A stretch of DNA of 64,000 bases. It comes from Chiloscyllium plagiosum (lineage: Eukaryota). A program made the position numbers and the translations under genes. Location: NCBI RefSeq assembly GCF_004010195.1, contig NC_057758.1, positions 1,984,029 to 2,048,028 on the forward strand. The letters are read 5' to 3'. The notes beneath the pieces are model-generated. The model did not search any database and was not told where the DNA came from. It saw only the letters and a list, made by a program, of their open reading frames with translations. Below, in pieces: positions 62,190-64,000 of this stretch; position 1 is the stretch's first letter; every line of letters starts with the position of its first letter.

Positions 62190-62997
62190 ACAGGAATGAG
62201 AGCGTCTTTTGAGTTGTATTTGGACAGACACATGAATGAGCTGGGAGTAAATGAATACAAATTGTGAGAAAATGGGCAGCAGGAATACATCGAGGATGTG
62301 GAATGGCGCAAGCTTGGATGGCTGAATAGCTGGCTCCTCCCATGTAATGTACTTTGTTCTTTCTTCTTTGTAATCAAATATCTCTTTTCAATGGTGCAAG
62401 CTTTATTTGCATCATTCTCAGGCAAAGTGTCATGGTGCAGAAGATGTAAACAATCTGTGTATGAAATACTATCACCGTAACCAAGAGGGTCAGATGGACC
62501 ACGCAGGGAACACGTTAGTATTGTGCGACTAATAACTGAGTGCAGCAATGGTCACCATCCCAACATTGCAGATTACTCGTTTTCTCACTGCTTTTAGTGT
62601 AGCAGAAGTGCATCTTCTATTCTTCTCACACAAGCTCATTACAAATGCTGGGGACAGAATGGAACAACACATTAAAGACAGCAACCTTTCAATACCAACT
62701 CATGTCTGGCTGGAACATATATTGATGCTCTATCCCACATATATTGGAGACACAGGTTTGTGTATTACTGCCAATGTAAGCTAACCAAACGGGTAGCAGA
62801 AATGTGCACCATGCTTCATTGCGGTCCACCTTATTTATCTTGAGACCAGTTTTTAAAAATCCTACCAGGTAGAGTGGGAGAAGAAGAGTGCAAAGTTGGC
62901 AGCATGTTTCGCCCAATGTAGATTGTGACCAGACGAATCCACAGAACTGCCGTTGTGGTCTGCCAAATGTTTCCAATAAGGTTCATGGTGAAAACTA

Positions 62998-63320
62998 GGT
63001 AAAAACAATAACTGCAGATGCTGGAAACCAGAGTCTAGATTAGAGTGGTGCTGGAAAAGCACAGTAGTTCAGGCAGCACCCAAGGTGCAGTAAAGTCGAC
63101 GTTTCTGGCAAAAGCCCTTCATCAGGAATACAGGCAGAGAGCCTGAAGGATGGAGAGATAAGTGAGAGGAGGGTGGGGGTCGGGAGAAAGTAGCATAGAG
63201 TACAATCGGTGAGTGGGGGAGGTGATGAAGGTGATACGTTAGGGGGGAGTGGATAGGTGGAAAGGAAGATAAGCAGGTAGGACAAGTCATGGGGACAGTG
63301 CTGAGCTGGAAACTCATGGT
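62998..63320 (-). mobile_element. Penelope-type terminal repeat with hammerhead-like motif (63098-63125)
   Basis: The minus strand reads CTGATGA-A-GGGC-TTTT-GCCA-GAAAC-GTC. Same family as 5337-5557 and 15880-16235. Confidence 0.85.
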
Positions 63321-63554
63321 GCATGGTGAACCCATTGGGTAGATGGAGTGCAGCGAGATGGGCAGTTCATCCAGTGTACTCTATGCAAGTTGCATGCAAA
63401 CATGAATGAGAGGGTGAGTTTGAGTTGCATGCTCTTTGGAGAGTCTGTGTGGAGTTTTTGGTCCAAAAGTCCTGTTTCTGCACTGTACGGGTGCTATGGT
63501 TCTATGATTGCACAAGGGGTTTGACACAAACCGAACATTTCTTTGATTAAATGA

Positions 63555-64000
63555 AAATCTGAATGAAACTTTGCTCACTGAGCTACACGGTTCGTTTTCA
63601 AAATTTTCGTCAACATTCTAGGTAACATCATCAGTGAGCCTCCAGTGAAATGATAGTGTTATGTCCCGTTTAAATTGAACGTGTTTTGGCTTCTTTGATT
63701 TGGTGATATCATTTTCGTTTTTATTCTTCAGAGGGTAGTAGATGTGGTCCAAATCGATGTGCTGGTTGATAGAGTTCCAGGTAGAATGCCATGTTTCTAG
63801 GATTTCCTGTGCGTTTTACTCTTTGCCTTGTACGAGCATGAATGTGCAGTCACAGTCAAAGTAGTGTGCCTCCTCATCTGCATATAAGGATACTTGCGAT
63901 AGTGGGACATGTCTTTTTGTCGTTGGTTGATGTTCATGAAACTAGTTTGTCCAACGCAGTGTCCGTTACCGTTCTTGCACAGCATTTTGTTAATGACGTT
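63555..64000 (-). mobile_element. Penelope-like element 3' end (GIY-YIG C-terminus and terminal repeat)
   Basis: Minus peptides NVINKMLCKNGNGHCVGQT and EILETWHSTWNSINQHIDLDHIY. Decayed hammerhead ctcaCTGATGAtgttacctagaatgttgacGAAA at ~63605-63640, same family as 16727-17008. Confidence 0.8.

Larger units (their letters stand above)
60280..62360 (+). mobile_element. CR1 LINE (linker, RT, 3' tail) with two nested insertions
   Basis: KSSGPDGIYPRLLKE, VPEDWR, PGNYR, QHGFVQGRSRLTNLI, INKFADDTKIG and WAEKWQMKFN. The tail resumes after 62190. Confidence 0.92.

Overview
This is repeat-rich vertebrate DNA, almost certainly from an elasmobranch (shark), judged from abundant HE1-type tRNA-derived SINEs with (TAATC)n tails and CR1/HER1-type LINEs. 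It holds one clearly intact protein-coding gene: a two-coding-exon GPR139/GPR142-like class A orphan GPCR on the + strand (42453-42591 joined to 55711-56609, 345 aa, 13.1 kb phase-1 intron). The rest is mostly nested mobile DNA. This includes many CR1 LINE fragments, a ~3.2 kb single-ORF LINE with a tRNA-like head plus short derivatives, and a decayed Gmr1-like Gypsy provirus with a related solo LTR. Several families of Penelope-like elements carry termini with minimal hammerhead-ribozyme-like motifs, often as inverted pairs. Also present are two transposon-derived minisatellites, two near-exact local templated duplications, and two low-confidence decayed pseudogene candidates. Repeat boundaries are read by eye and approximate (about +/-20-50 bp) unless stated as exact. 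No database search was possible.
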